A DNA stretch of 64,000 nt, taken from the NCBI GenBank assembly GCA_030141605.1, contig JAQGDQ010000010.1, positions 1,488,001 through 1,552,000 of the forward strand, in the 5' to 3' direction. The stretch comes from Tubiluchus corallicola. Lineage: Eukaryota; Animalia; Priapulida. The notes below the pieces were generated by a model. It was not told where the DNA came from and did no database searches. It saw only the letters and a list, made by a program, of their open reading frames with translations. Position numbers and translations under genes: made by a program. Shown in pieces: positions 1-11,600 of the stretch (positions are counted from its first letter, which is position 1; each line of letters starts with the position of its first letter).

Positions 1-1868
1 AGTTTCCAGGCCTTAAGCATTGATGTTAAATTTGCTAAAAAAGACTAAAAACGGGAGCAGATGTAACTCGTCCTAGTTGTCTACATTTGCATGTCTGTGG
101 TCGGTGCTTAAGCACTGCGTTTCTGCACAGTTCTTGCCTTTGATGCAGCCACAATTGTTAAGCTAACAGAAAATTGTGAAATACACTAGGTCAGCTATTC
201 TAAGACAAGGCACTTAAGTCTGGCTAGAAAAGTTAAAGCCCCCGCCGAAGCCGAATTTTGTAAACATTATATTATCCGCTCTTGTGATGAATACCTTATT
301 GTTACCGCTTACTAATGTTTCGTAAACCATTATCAAAAACATTTATCGTTCCAGATGCAAAATGGCTCATTTGGGTGTAAACAATGGCAGTGAACAACTA
401 CTTATTTCACCAAGAAAACAAACATGGTCGGCAAGGCAATGTGCAATAATTCAAATTTCAGGAGAATGGTCTTGAGTTTCTTCAGTGACTATATTAGAGT
501 ATCTGCCACTTTAGTAATGCTCCTTATTTCCTTGCTGATACTGACACAAAAATATAGGCTAATTTTTGATGAGACATGCGCTTCAATGACAACCACATCA
601 GTCACCTTGACTCTGTGTACATTTTGTTATACTGAATCAAAGGGCTGTCGGTGTATTATGTTAACTTTATTCTGGATTACTCAGCATGGAAACAGTAAAC
701 TGTGAAGCCAGGAAATAACCAGATTCTAAATGCCTCATGCTGAAACTGAGACCAGGTGTTGCTTTTACCGAAATGCAATTAACAGGTAAACAGTAGGAGA
801 GGAGACAGAGGTAACAATGCTATATATGTATAAGGAAAGTACATTGACTAGATTCAGTCATTAACGCGAGGAATTAGCTGTGCATTAAGTACGACGGAAG
901 GCGGAAGGAGAAAAAGAAAGAGAGAATGCAACACCGAGAGCATGATCCCCCAGAGACAGACAGGAATGCAGACAAAGACTTGGTAGGACACAGACAGACA
1001 GTGCTTGTTGGCGGAAAAGGGGTTAAGAAAAAAAGATGAAATGATGAATAGGTGATCCAAGAAAAGAAAATACCCAAAAAAGAAAATAAACCAGAAGAAA
1101 ATGCAAGGAAAAGGGAAGGCTGCAACACAAGCAGTTTTTAGGCCCTTACGAAGGGTTGAACTTTGTGCTAATTTCATAGATCTGAGGTTCATTTATAGCA
1201 CCAAGGCGCTATTCTTGATGACAGATTAAATTACTGTGCGGAAACTGTAAAGGTTCATACTGCGGTTCTTTTTTGCAAAAATAGCCCCTCGGTGTCTGCT
1301 CCAACTTGTACGGAATTAGTGCCAGCTTGTTTTGTAACGCGAAACATGAACATGTCTACTTTTCGTGTTTTGATTCCTAAGTAAGTGAATCGGTGAAGTA
1401 AGTAGTGATCTTTTAAACTAAAAATCTGTTAAAATTTGCTGAGTCGTGTAATTAAAAGACGCTGCTACCTAGTTTTAATCATTTCCTCTCTGTGACACAG
1501 TAATTATGGAGCCATTTGCACGGGTTGATCTACTAGAAAGACAAACTCAGAGAAAGCAGTTAACTGGCTTCAGTTTCTTTCCGCGGTCTGACTCAAGCCT
1601 ACAGAAAGATAAAAGTTTGTTTTGGCAACAACTAATAAATACTATATGTCCTGTTAATTAGTACTTCTTGTTCACATCAGATGGAGTCGGGAGCTGGGCG
1701 TATAACTTTACAACATTATTCAGCTCAATTACTCATTACTCATTGCTCATTTTCAGTTTACATTATTTCGATAAAAAATTTCAGGATGAAATTAAATTTG
1801 CCCATACTATATCAGAGAGTAGAACAAGTTGTGCTTCAGAGGTCACTAGAAATAAAAAGCCTTGACGC

Positions 1869-2082
<214 letters not shown>

Positions 2083-3057
2083 TAAAAGACAAAAACACAC
2101 TGTAAAGAATCTCTCAAGAAAAAGTAATTTCGCCTAGATCTTTATACCAAGAACCACAACCAACACTGGTAAATTTGATCAGGTTTATTTCATCTAGCTT
2201 GGATTTTCAATTCAGCATATGGATTCTGCTTCAAATCTTGTTATTCTATTCAAAGATGCTTTTCTATTCAAAGTATCACAAAATCTCTGAGTATTTGACT
2301 TGAATCGTGTCATTTATGAAGCTTTTTAGTTGCCACGTGGTGATGAGATTTTATGAAGGAGTGAGTTTTCTATTTCTTGACAAGCATACACGGCTTGGTG
2401 TGCAGAATAATACGTAAAATTCCACTCACAGAAAACGAGGACATTGCACATTTGCCCGAGTTTACCCAGCTCTCAAGCAGCGCCATAGCGACTGGAGTCC
2501 ATTCAGTCTACGCCAACAGTTGCTATCGCCCCCAACAAACGCCCTTGTTGACAGAGGAAAGACACGTTCAGCGTCTTAGCCTTGCTTTTGAAGCCATGCA
2601 AACAATGCGTTCGAACCATCTGCGTAGTTTCTGGGTTGTAGTTGACAATGGTGTTGCGCCGCCTCGGTCGTGGCATAGCTAGTCGCGCGCGAACGTGACA
2701 GGTTAGGTTGCTTTGGGGTATTTGAATACTGGACATAAATATAAAAGATTGGCTGTGACAAGTGTGCTTATCACGCAATAGAATATTAATAAAGCTGAAT
2801 AGTGGTGAATGGCAAGTGCTGACGTTGGATATCTTGCACTGTTATTCACTAATAATTAGATGACAAGAGTACGGCGTTGTGCCGCCAAGCACTTACAGAT
2901 AGACAAGATTTCCTTTGCACCTTTAAATGTTCCTTATATATAGGACGAAATGAAAATCCTGTTTGTCATTTCTCGAATCTGTTCTTGCTGCTCCTGCTTG
3001 CTGTTGCTGCTTCTCTTGCTGTTTTTGCTTCTCTGCAGCGGCAGAGAATGAAAGGCA

Positions 3058-3076
3058 GTTGTTGTTGTTGTTGTTG

Positions 3077-3114
<38 letters not shown>
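3058..3114. repeat. Compound microsatellite (GTT)n(GCT)n
   Basis: Directly visible; source of the poly-Q/poly-C ORFs. Confidence 0.97.
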
Positions 3115-3115
<1 letters not shown>

Positions 3116-3130
3116 CTCCTGTAAGCGTTC

Positions 3131-4060
3131 TGACAAAATGAACCGTAGAAGAACGTCGGGAAACACTCTAACGATAACGTAAAATTACAAAAGCAATAAA
3201 ACGACAATGGTTTTGCCCGTATTTCGTTACTGAAAAGTGAATACAAAAACAATTCAGAAGCTTATTGTCGCATATGTTGCTAGTTACTATTGTTACATTT
3301 GCCGCCGCCGTACTAGCTGCTGCTGCAGCTATTCATGTTGCTGCTACTGTGACACTAATGCTGCACTACTATAAATATTATTTTTAATTTTGACGCGTTG
3401 ATCCTGGCATTGTTTCTGACCCACATTAGGGCTAGAGATTTTAATATGGTTTGCTCTTCATTATTACTTTTCTTATTTTCATTGTAAAGCATCAGTCCTA
3501 AATTATTATGACAATCAGAGACCTATATATAAACGCAACGACTACAAAATAACGTTTACTACTCTGTGTATTCCATATCATAACACTGAAGTGACTGAGC
3601 TGAGTGAGCTCCGAGCTAACAAAATCTATTCGGTGCTGGCTGTTGCATCGCTGGTGTCCGTAAACGGTCACCAAGGACAAAAGAGGACAAAATGACACCA
3701 ACAATAAGTGTACTTTGAGCAAAAACTGGATTTGACAGCTGTCAGGAGAAAAGCGCTTTCACGACTTTAAATTATTAAGAAAAACTTAAAGTGACTTTGT
3801 CAAATATCGGGCAATTCAGTAGAAGGATTGCTATCAATGCTTGGCATTACCATAGCACAGCTTTGTGACAAAATAAACCGTAGAAGAACGTCAAGAAACA
3901 CTCTAACGAAAATGTAAAATTACAAAAGCAATAAAACGACAATGGTTTTGCCCGTACTTCGTTACTGAAAAGCGAATGCAAAAACAATTCAGAAGCTCAA
4001 AAACCTTTATCATTATTGTCGTATCTGTTGCTAATTACTATTGTTACTTTTGCTGCAGCT
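3131..4060 (+). repeat. Dispersed direct duplication, ~130-200 bp (copies at ~3131-3300 and ~3866-4060)
   Basis: TGACAAAAT(G/A)AACCGTAGAAGAACGTC...AAAACAATTCAGAAGCT occurs twice, each followed by a similar TATTGTCG..TGTTGCTA.TTACTATTGTTAC tract. Confidence 0.9.
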
Positions 4061-7000
4061 ACTGGTGCGCGTGCGTTATTACATGTACTGTTGATTGTTG
4101 TTCTTGTTTTGCGACTGCCATCACTGTTACCGTTGACGCCACGCCATACATTTATGCATTTTCTTTTCCTGCATATATCAACTGAATTCAAATGTGTATA
4201 AAATCACAAAAAACTTTGAAGTTTATCTGAAGTTTATTCTGTCACTCGTTTACAGAGTCAAAAATCATGCATAGAATCGATATCAATAGTTTTGTTCGAT
4301 AAAATATCTGCCCAAATTCATTTGTGAATACGCATTTATTGCCAAAATTGCTTTACTTGCTGAGTTGAAAAAATGTTGTGTGTCGAGAATTGTAGTCATT
4401 TCCCAAACATAAACTGAGACAAAATTGCATTATTTGAATGGAAAAGTTTACTAATTGCTTAGCAATCTCACCAATCATGCATGTTTTGCGATTCAAGTTC
4501 TGTGACCTACAACATACAGCTTCATAATGCGGTTTAAAACAACGACGATTTTTTGCAAAGGGCATCTTTTTGTATGGACACCCAAATGTACTGTCATTTT
4601 TAAATACTTGAACAGCAATATAGTTTTGCAACTGCTACAAATCTACAAATATCTATCAATCTTCAGAAGTTTTGCAGATTGGCGTTTCCGCAGCCGTTGA
4701 CTTTTTGTTTCTAACGAACATCATGACTATTTAGCCTTAGAGGTTTATCATGCGCTACAAATTCTGTCACGACCCTTCCGTTACGTAATTATCCTTGGTT
4801 ATTTCTAGTAAATTTTACTTTCAGTACTAACCTATTTTCAGACACTGCGGCCGGCGCCAGTGGTCTGTAACTTTAGAGACAAAATTCAATCTCTTTTCCT
4901 TGCAAAATCAAAAACAAGGCAGCAAAATCAGAACAACAACAATGCCGTTAACAATGACAATGACCATGGTCGAGGTCATTAGTTGCCAGTACTCGGACCA
5001 CTGCAGCTGATACCGCTGTCCCGTCACAACCATCGTCACAACACAGCCAATGTTACTACTGTGCTGCCGCCACGATCAGTTAAACACACCAAATCAACTG
5101 CCTGCTGTTAACAGGCGCTAATTAACACTTTTACAGCAAAACAAATAAACCCACTGCCATTTCTTCATGGAATAATGAACTAGACAGATTCACGGCGGCG
5201 TTGTTCTAATTTGAAGCCAAGTACTCTTCCGGGAACGCATAATTAGGATTGTGAGCCTGATCACGTTTCAATCTGTGTGTGGAGTTGTAAAATCTAGCCA
5301 ATTATGTCAAAATAAGGTCAAGGTAGGGTGACACATGATATAGTATTAGGGACACTTGCAGGCTTCGTTCTTCAGTTTCTTGATGTTATTCTGTCCAAAA
5401 TTTGCTTGTTTTTATTCTTTGATGCCAATTGTAAAAGTAAGCTTTAAAATGATAATCTCGCGTATTTAGATTGTTCAGCAACGATTGATTCGGTGCATAT
5501 ATTTATATGTATGTCATGAACATATGTGTGTGCACGTGCGTGCGTACATGCGCGCTTGCATATATACGGAGACTGTTGATACATAGACAAAAAACTGAAT
5601 TAAGATTTCTGAATGCACGGTCCGTGAATCTTTCCAGGTTATTAGTAATCGCTTTTCACAACCACAACAAAATGAAAGATGGAAAGAACAAAGATGACAA
5701 ACAACCTCCTTGAAGTATCATCTTTCCATCATATGGGACTTTCAGTGTTACACTTTGCAGAAAGACAGGGCAAACACCTATAATAGCAATATGCCAAAGC
5801 CATTTAATTAGAATGTCCTGACCCCAATCCACTGGCTTCTTGTGATTATAGGTCTGGTTAGTTCGTCGTTAATAATCTGTTGCGTTCACAAATCAGCAAG
5901 TAATAAATGCAAGGTACTTTAACTGAAATAGCTGTTCAGTTAAATAGTAGCTATATTACTAGCTATATTAAGTATCAAAATAACTACGAAAAAGTTCTTT
6001 CAGAAACGCATTCGGCACATTGATAATTCATATGATTAACAAATTTATTAAAGACAAATATTAATAATCAAAACACAACATTACTAAATGTTAAGAAGTA
6101 TCGAAGACCACTTCAACGACCACGACGGTAACATTATACTACTCAAACTCATATAAACTTTAGCTAAAAATCAGCAAAAAAAAACAAACAATCCATAAAA
6201 TTTACCACAACAAACATCGTAATTACTGTCCTGACATTTTCACCGTAACTTGTACAATACGACTGGCAAGCCCGTGTATCACCGTTGCCATTGTTGTTAC
6301 CATTGTTCTTTGTGCTTTTGCTATTGTACAATTTTTGTACATCTATTGGTGGTGCTGAAATTTTTTCGTATAAGAATGATAACTTAAAGGGAGCGAGAGC
6401 GAAATCAAAGAATGTTTACTAGATAATGAAATTTATTTGTGCACGGTGTTTCAAAACACATTACCAGCAAACACAGACGTGCTTCTCATGGCAAAATAGA
6501 CCCAGACTTTTCCTTACTGAAAATACACAACTGAAACCGATAAGCGAAAAATCGATTAACAGTTGATGGGAGATGTTATTCTAAGCCAAGAAACGCCAAG
6601 TTAGCGCGCGTCAAATAAACATTTCAGAGGCTCTGTGAATGCCTGACAGGAAGAAATAGTCTAGAATCACCATTTCCGGGGTTGCTTTTAGGGCGGAGCA
6701 CGGGCAATAGGCGAAATTAATGAGTATTTAATGATGATTCTACTATGTTAAAGTTATATTGGGAAAGGGGAAATAAAATGCTATGTGTACGTCAGTTATT
6801 TAAATCTACGGCATTCAGGTTTTCATATCTTCCAATCAACAGCGAACTAGATGTGAAATTATGATATTTTGATAGAGACTTGTTGCAAACATTACAAGCT
6901 AAAAATTACAATACAATAAAACTCATTAAGAGGACATCCATACTATTATAATAACTTATTGTAATAAGTCATTGTGCACACGTTAATTTGTAAATCTCTT

Positions 7001-9339
7001 TTTAAATTTTTATCTAATCTCAACAAACTGTTACATGAACCAAAAGGGGTCTTGGTCAATTTTTTTTATTTATTTTTTGACTGGTCGGTTGACGACAGTA
7101 ACGACGACATGAATGTTAACAATAAGGCGCAAAATTAGTCTGGCGTGAAGTCCTTCGATCACCAACTGAAGTTGAGGAGAAATTCAGAACACAATATTAT
7201 GGACTACGCTATTAACAATGTAGCTTTTCAACGAAGTGCAGACCTTTCTCGCCAATCATGGGCTATGAATTATTTTCTCAATGCAAGATGCCCAACTTGC
7301 CATTGATTTGGTCTCTGAGGCTCATAAAATCCCTGAAGAAGGTAGCAAAAATAGCAAAACCTGATAATGAAGTAGTTCTTTTTATATTGTCGTCTAATTT
7401 CATTAAACGAATTGTCCAAGGTTTCAGCTTATCAGCACCAATTTTCGAAAATCTTGCTTTGTTTGCTAATAAATATAGAAAATGTATAGTGGTTTATGAA
7501 ACACCACATATAATGCTCAAAGTTACAATCGATAATAGCAGACATGTATAGTTTTACTGAAGAACTGGCTCCAGAGTGCATTTCCTCTTGCTGACTAAAT
7601 TTAGATTCGAAAAGTTAACAAGTTAGGCCCACAAAAACTGCAATTCGCTTCGGAACCACAAGTCGCCTTTTTGGCTGTTTTGAGATTTGGATGAGGGGCG
7701 AGGTTTGCGGCGTTTTGTTACTTTTATTGATTATCGATAATCTTTTAGATATTTTATTCTAGTCAATTCAGCCTTTTCTCCTCTATAGAATAGTTATCCA
7801 ATCTAAAATCATACCTTTTTAATTATATATATATAGCTTTTAGTGGTGTTTGGCACACATGATGCCAAGCAAGCAGTCTCTCTTACTGTATTTTTCTTTT
7901 TAAGTAAGGCATAGAAACTTGTTGTTTCTTGTTTACGATCAATATTATTAGCGATTGTGTATTAATCATTTGAAAAAACAATACCCATTATTTAGATGTG
8001 TTACACTCCTAGTAACTTTACAGCCAAATTAAGTGACTTATTGCGAAATCGAGATGTTGATCGTCCAAAAAATCGGTCCATCGCAACGCTTCGTTTTCTC
8101 GCGAAACTCTTGATCCTCAATTCCTCATACTACTGAGTTTTATTCTAGAGAAACTCGGGTTTTGTTCTCCTGGTTATTAGTAAGCATAGGCCCTATGCTG
8201 CGTCATCTCAGCATAATGTGTTTCTTGCTTCTGGCACTCTTCATCTTTTTCATAACATCAAACAAAATTTTCGGGCAGTTTAAAGTTACAACCATACATA
8301 ATTTTACGCAAATATTGTGGTTTATGTTGCCAATATCTAAGGCAATGCCTTGATTTTATTGCATCATAGTCGACAAAGCGTGTATTGACTCTGGTACAGT
8401 GTCGTACGTAACTATGCTATGGAGATGCTAAAATAACGAGTAATAGTAAAGAACAATTTTTTACGTCAACTTATTCTTGAAAGAATAGAGAATCTATCAT
8501 GTCCTAGTAGTAGTAGTAACTGTAGTCATTTCATAACAGCAAACAAATGACTATAAATACAATAAATTATCAAGAAACTGGGGTAGCAGAAAAGTAACAA
8601 AATTTGCAATGCATTATTCTTTTTGCTAGCAATTAATCACAACTGGTTTACATTACTATCTAAAATAACATAGTTGTACTAACTTTACACAATTGAAAAA
8701 GTGGTTATACACTGTAGTTTGACTAATCGAACAGCAAACATTAACTCTTTTAGTTTTGGAAAGTTTCTAAAATTTCAAAGCAAATTTCAAATTCCGTTTG
8801 CTCTATATAATAGCCGACAGTACAGAAAAGTTCACATTCGCTTATTTTCTTCTTATTTCATTAGTTCAGTTTCATGTTTGCATATAGTGCATGTTTTTCT
8901 ATTTCTGTCTCTCCGCGTGTGCATAGTCTTTGTTTTAAATTTTCTCCGTGCCATCTACCGGCCTCAGTTCTTAAGTGATGTAAGTGATTCACTTGTAGCC
9001 TTGACAGAAAGCTGCGTAAGCTGTATTTTTCTGTAGTATTTTCTGGTATTTATGGGGTTTCCAAGTTCGGGTTATATTCTTTGTAAGCCATACGTCTGGT
9101 AGAGTTACTGTTCAGAAGTTTCTCCTTTAGTTAGTTGCGTTGCTGCTGCGCACTGTACACTTTCTCATTTACCGCTGGTAATTTTGCTAAATCACTATGA
9201 CACTGCCTTGCGATTTCATATGCTTCAAACAATGTCTGATGCTTCTCAGAATCTCAGAAGACATTACCATTTCCTCCACATATGCATTTATCTACACTTG
9301 GGCAATGTTGAGAGGGTTGGACAGTTGCTCTGTGATAAG

Positions 9340-9825
9340 TATACTCATCTTTGGATCTTCTGTCATCATTGCACCATGATATGTGTATATGGTGGTTTAT
9401 TTTATTACAACATTGTCGACAGTTAGCGGTAACATATCTTGGTCATCGCCACCCATAACTTCCGTTTCGGTTGTATTCGTGCTCATACTATACCTATTGC
9501 AGAACTGTAATCGCGTCAGCATCTTTTCGACACTTTTTTCCTTTATTGATGCCACAATGGCCGTGTTATCCATCCTGAGCAGACAATGGAGGTTACGAAG
9601 TCAGCTATCCTCGCCGAGTGCTTCTAGAGCCCTTATTAGCGAATCTACGTGTAAACAGAATAACAGACTGGAGCTTCGTGAGCCCTGTTTCACTCCACAG
9701 TTATAACTAAACGCCATATCACCCAGAATTCTTTCGTCAGTCTATACACTTGTGGGATATTTTGTAGCATTACATAACCGACCGCATCCATGTTATTTTA
9801 ATACCTGTAAGAACATACCCCGTTC
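9340..9825 (-). pseudogene. Decayed non-LTR retrotransposon reverse transcriptase, 3' part
   Basis: Manual minus-strand translation: FSYNCGVKQGSRSSSLLFCLHVDSLIR...LHCLLRMDNTAIVAS...FCNRYSMSTN...YHGAMMTED. This gives the GVxQG motif, a decayed xxDD motif and a YLG-like motif, with stops and frameshifts. Confidence 0.8.
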
Positions 9826-9896
9826 AACCTAGCCACTGGGGGGGGGGAAGCCAGCCCAACTCAGTGCCGGTCCCAAGCCCGGATAAATAGGGAGGG
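9825..9896 (+). ncRNA. Twister self-cleaving ribozyme (P1-type core, P1 stem weak or absent)
   Basis: C^AA-CCTA-GC-[CACTG..CAGTG]-CCGG-TCCCAAGC-CCGG-ATAAA-TAGG-GAGGG. P2 = CCTA/TAGG, P3 = CACTGGG/CTCAGTG, P4 = CCGG/CCGG, pseudoknots GC/GC and TCCC/GAGGG. The core GCCGGTCCCAAGCCCGGATAAA matches the rice Osa-1-4 twister as I recall it. Confidence 0.88.
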
Positions 9897-10385
9897 TTAG
9901 GGTCAGGAAGGGCATCCGCCTGTAAAAACTGCGCCAAAACTTTCTATGAATGAGTCTCCACAAAGAAGTGGTCAGACCCGCTCTAATCTATGGGCTGGAA
10001 GCAGCTTCTCTAAAGAAGACCGAAGAAAAGAAAATGGATGTGGTGGAGATGAGGATGTTGAGATGGATGGTGGGAATAACAAGAAGAGATAAAATTAAAA
10101 ATAATAATATCAGAGGAACAGTTTATAGTAGTGGAAGCCTCGCAAGATTGCGATGGTATGGACACCTGAAAAGAAGAGTCGGTGAAGATCATGTGGGAAG
10201 GGAGGCCATGGAAATGGAAGTGCTGGGAAATAGAAGAAGAGGACGACCCAAGCGGAGATGGATTGAATGTATTAATGGAGACCTTAGAGAGAAGAACATA
10301 AATGAAGAGATGGTCAACAACAGGAATGAGTGGAGAAGACTCATTCACAACGGCGACCCCGCATAGGGAAAAGCTGGGAAGAAGC
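9826..10385 (+). mobile_element. Internally deleted (bipartite) RTE-clade retroelement: twister-bearing 5' UTR fused to the ORF C-terminus and a GAA tail
   Basis: RTE-like 5' UTR motif GGTCAGGAAGGGCATCCGCCTGTAAAA. ORF 9950-10366 has RTE C-terminal motifs VVRPALIYG, EMRMLRW, RLRWYGHL, GNRRRGRPKRRW. It ends GGGAAGAAGC. TSD AGAACATACCCCGT(T/C)C at 9810-9825 and 10386-10401. Confidence 0.92.
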
Positions 10386-10600
10386 AGAACATACCCCGTC
10401 CAACCTGGCCAAACGTCTTCTCGAAATCTACAAATATGAACATTTTCCTCTTCTTTTTACAAGAGGCGTCAATCAGCAGTCGGAGAGTTCTGACTACACT
10501 TGTTCTGGTTCCGGCTTTATACACTACTTTAAACGTTCGTTGATCAAGCAGTCGTACATTCAACAACAAGCTTATGCCTCTATGAGGCTGCACATCCTTT
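10386..10600 (-). pseudogene. Decayed non-LTR reverse transcriptase, 5' part (same element as 9340-9825)
   Basis: ORF track 10345..10593: HRGISLL...TLRLLIDASCKKKRKMFIFVDFEKTFGQVGRGMF, matching the RT motif VDFxKAFDxV. It continues LQVLK*HGCG on the other side of the insertion. Confidence 0.82.
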
Positions 10601-10929
10601 TTTGAATAGTACGATTACGTAGTGCACGCATATACGTCATGCACGATGACAGGAAATCACACTGTAGGAACAGTGTATTGGAAAGGTTTACTAAGACCAT
10701 TATCCATTCTAGTAGTAAATTAGTAGTAGTAAATTATGAACCACATTTAAACAGCAGAAGAGAGATGTTTGTACAACATCGAGACCACTGCTCTTATTTG
10801 CATTTTATGTCGCAATAACATTTTGTATCTCCTCTGTTGTAACCAAATCACATAAGTATTTGGTGTGGAAGCCACCACATCTCCTACACCACACGATCTT
10901 GAGGGTATAATCGGAGCAGCGACTAGAAG

Positions 10930-11600
10930 AGACCACTGTCGAACTCAAGATCCTTCTGCGCGTTACAAGCTTGTCTTTTCTTTCATCATTTCAATTGCGA
11001 GCCTCACGTTCTCTTGACATGACTCTTGCAACCACTTTAGTCCATGCCATCCTGTCGGCCTCAGCCTAACATGTCTCTGTATTTATGATGTTGATGAAAT
11101 CCTTTTGCTTGAAATTAATGTAAAACAGCATTTGTTCCATCCATCTCAATCTTCTCCTTTTGATCTTCACTGTCTATTCACCTGCCTTGACATTTTTTAC
11201 AGATCCTAGGTTTTGACTCTATTTATCTATTTTTGACTTTTGATGTGCTTTGATTGCCCATAACGCCCTTGATAAGTTGTAGAGAAACACAATTTCCACA
11301 AGTGCATCACGTATTCTTAACTTTGTTTCTAGACTGATTCTCTTGGAATATGCTGCTAGTGCTAAGATCTTGCTTCTTGAAATATCTTCATTGTTGATGC
11401 CTAAATATTTACATTTTCTCCACGCGTCTTCTACATTCGTTTTTATGAGGTACTCTTCTGCTTTATATTTCTTTAATACAAGATCCGTTTCTTTTAACTT
11501 TGTTCTATTTTGGTCTTCATGTCTTCCATTTCATCTTTGCTCTTTGCTGTCCATCATCAGCGTATTGCACGTCTCTGGTGATTTCGTTTGATTTGCGTTA
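10930..11600 (-). mobile_element. Decayed RTE/RTEX-like LINE fragment
   Basis: Manual translation WRKCKYLGINNEDISRSKILALAAYSKRISLETKLRIRDALVEIVFLYN and IKRRRLRWM; boundaries approximate. Confidence 0.7.

Noticed and set aside
70-175. Possible minus-strand exon after acceptor TTTTCTGTTAG
   Set aside because: All frames stop quickly and no recognisable product or partner exon was found.
2877-3252. Poly-Q / poly-C ORFs
   Set aside because: They arise from the GTT/GCT microsatellite, with no splice or domain context.
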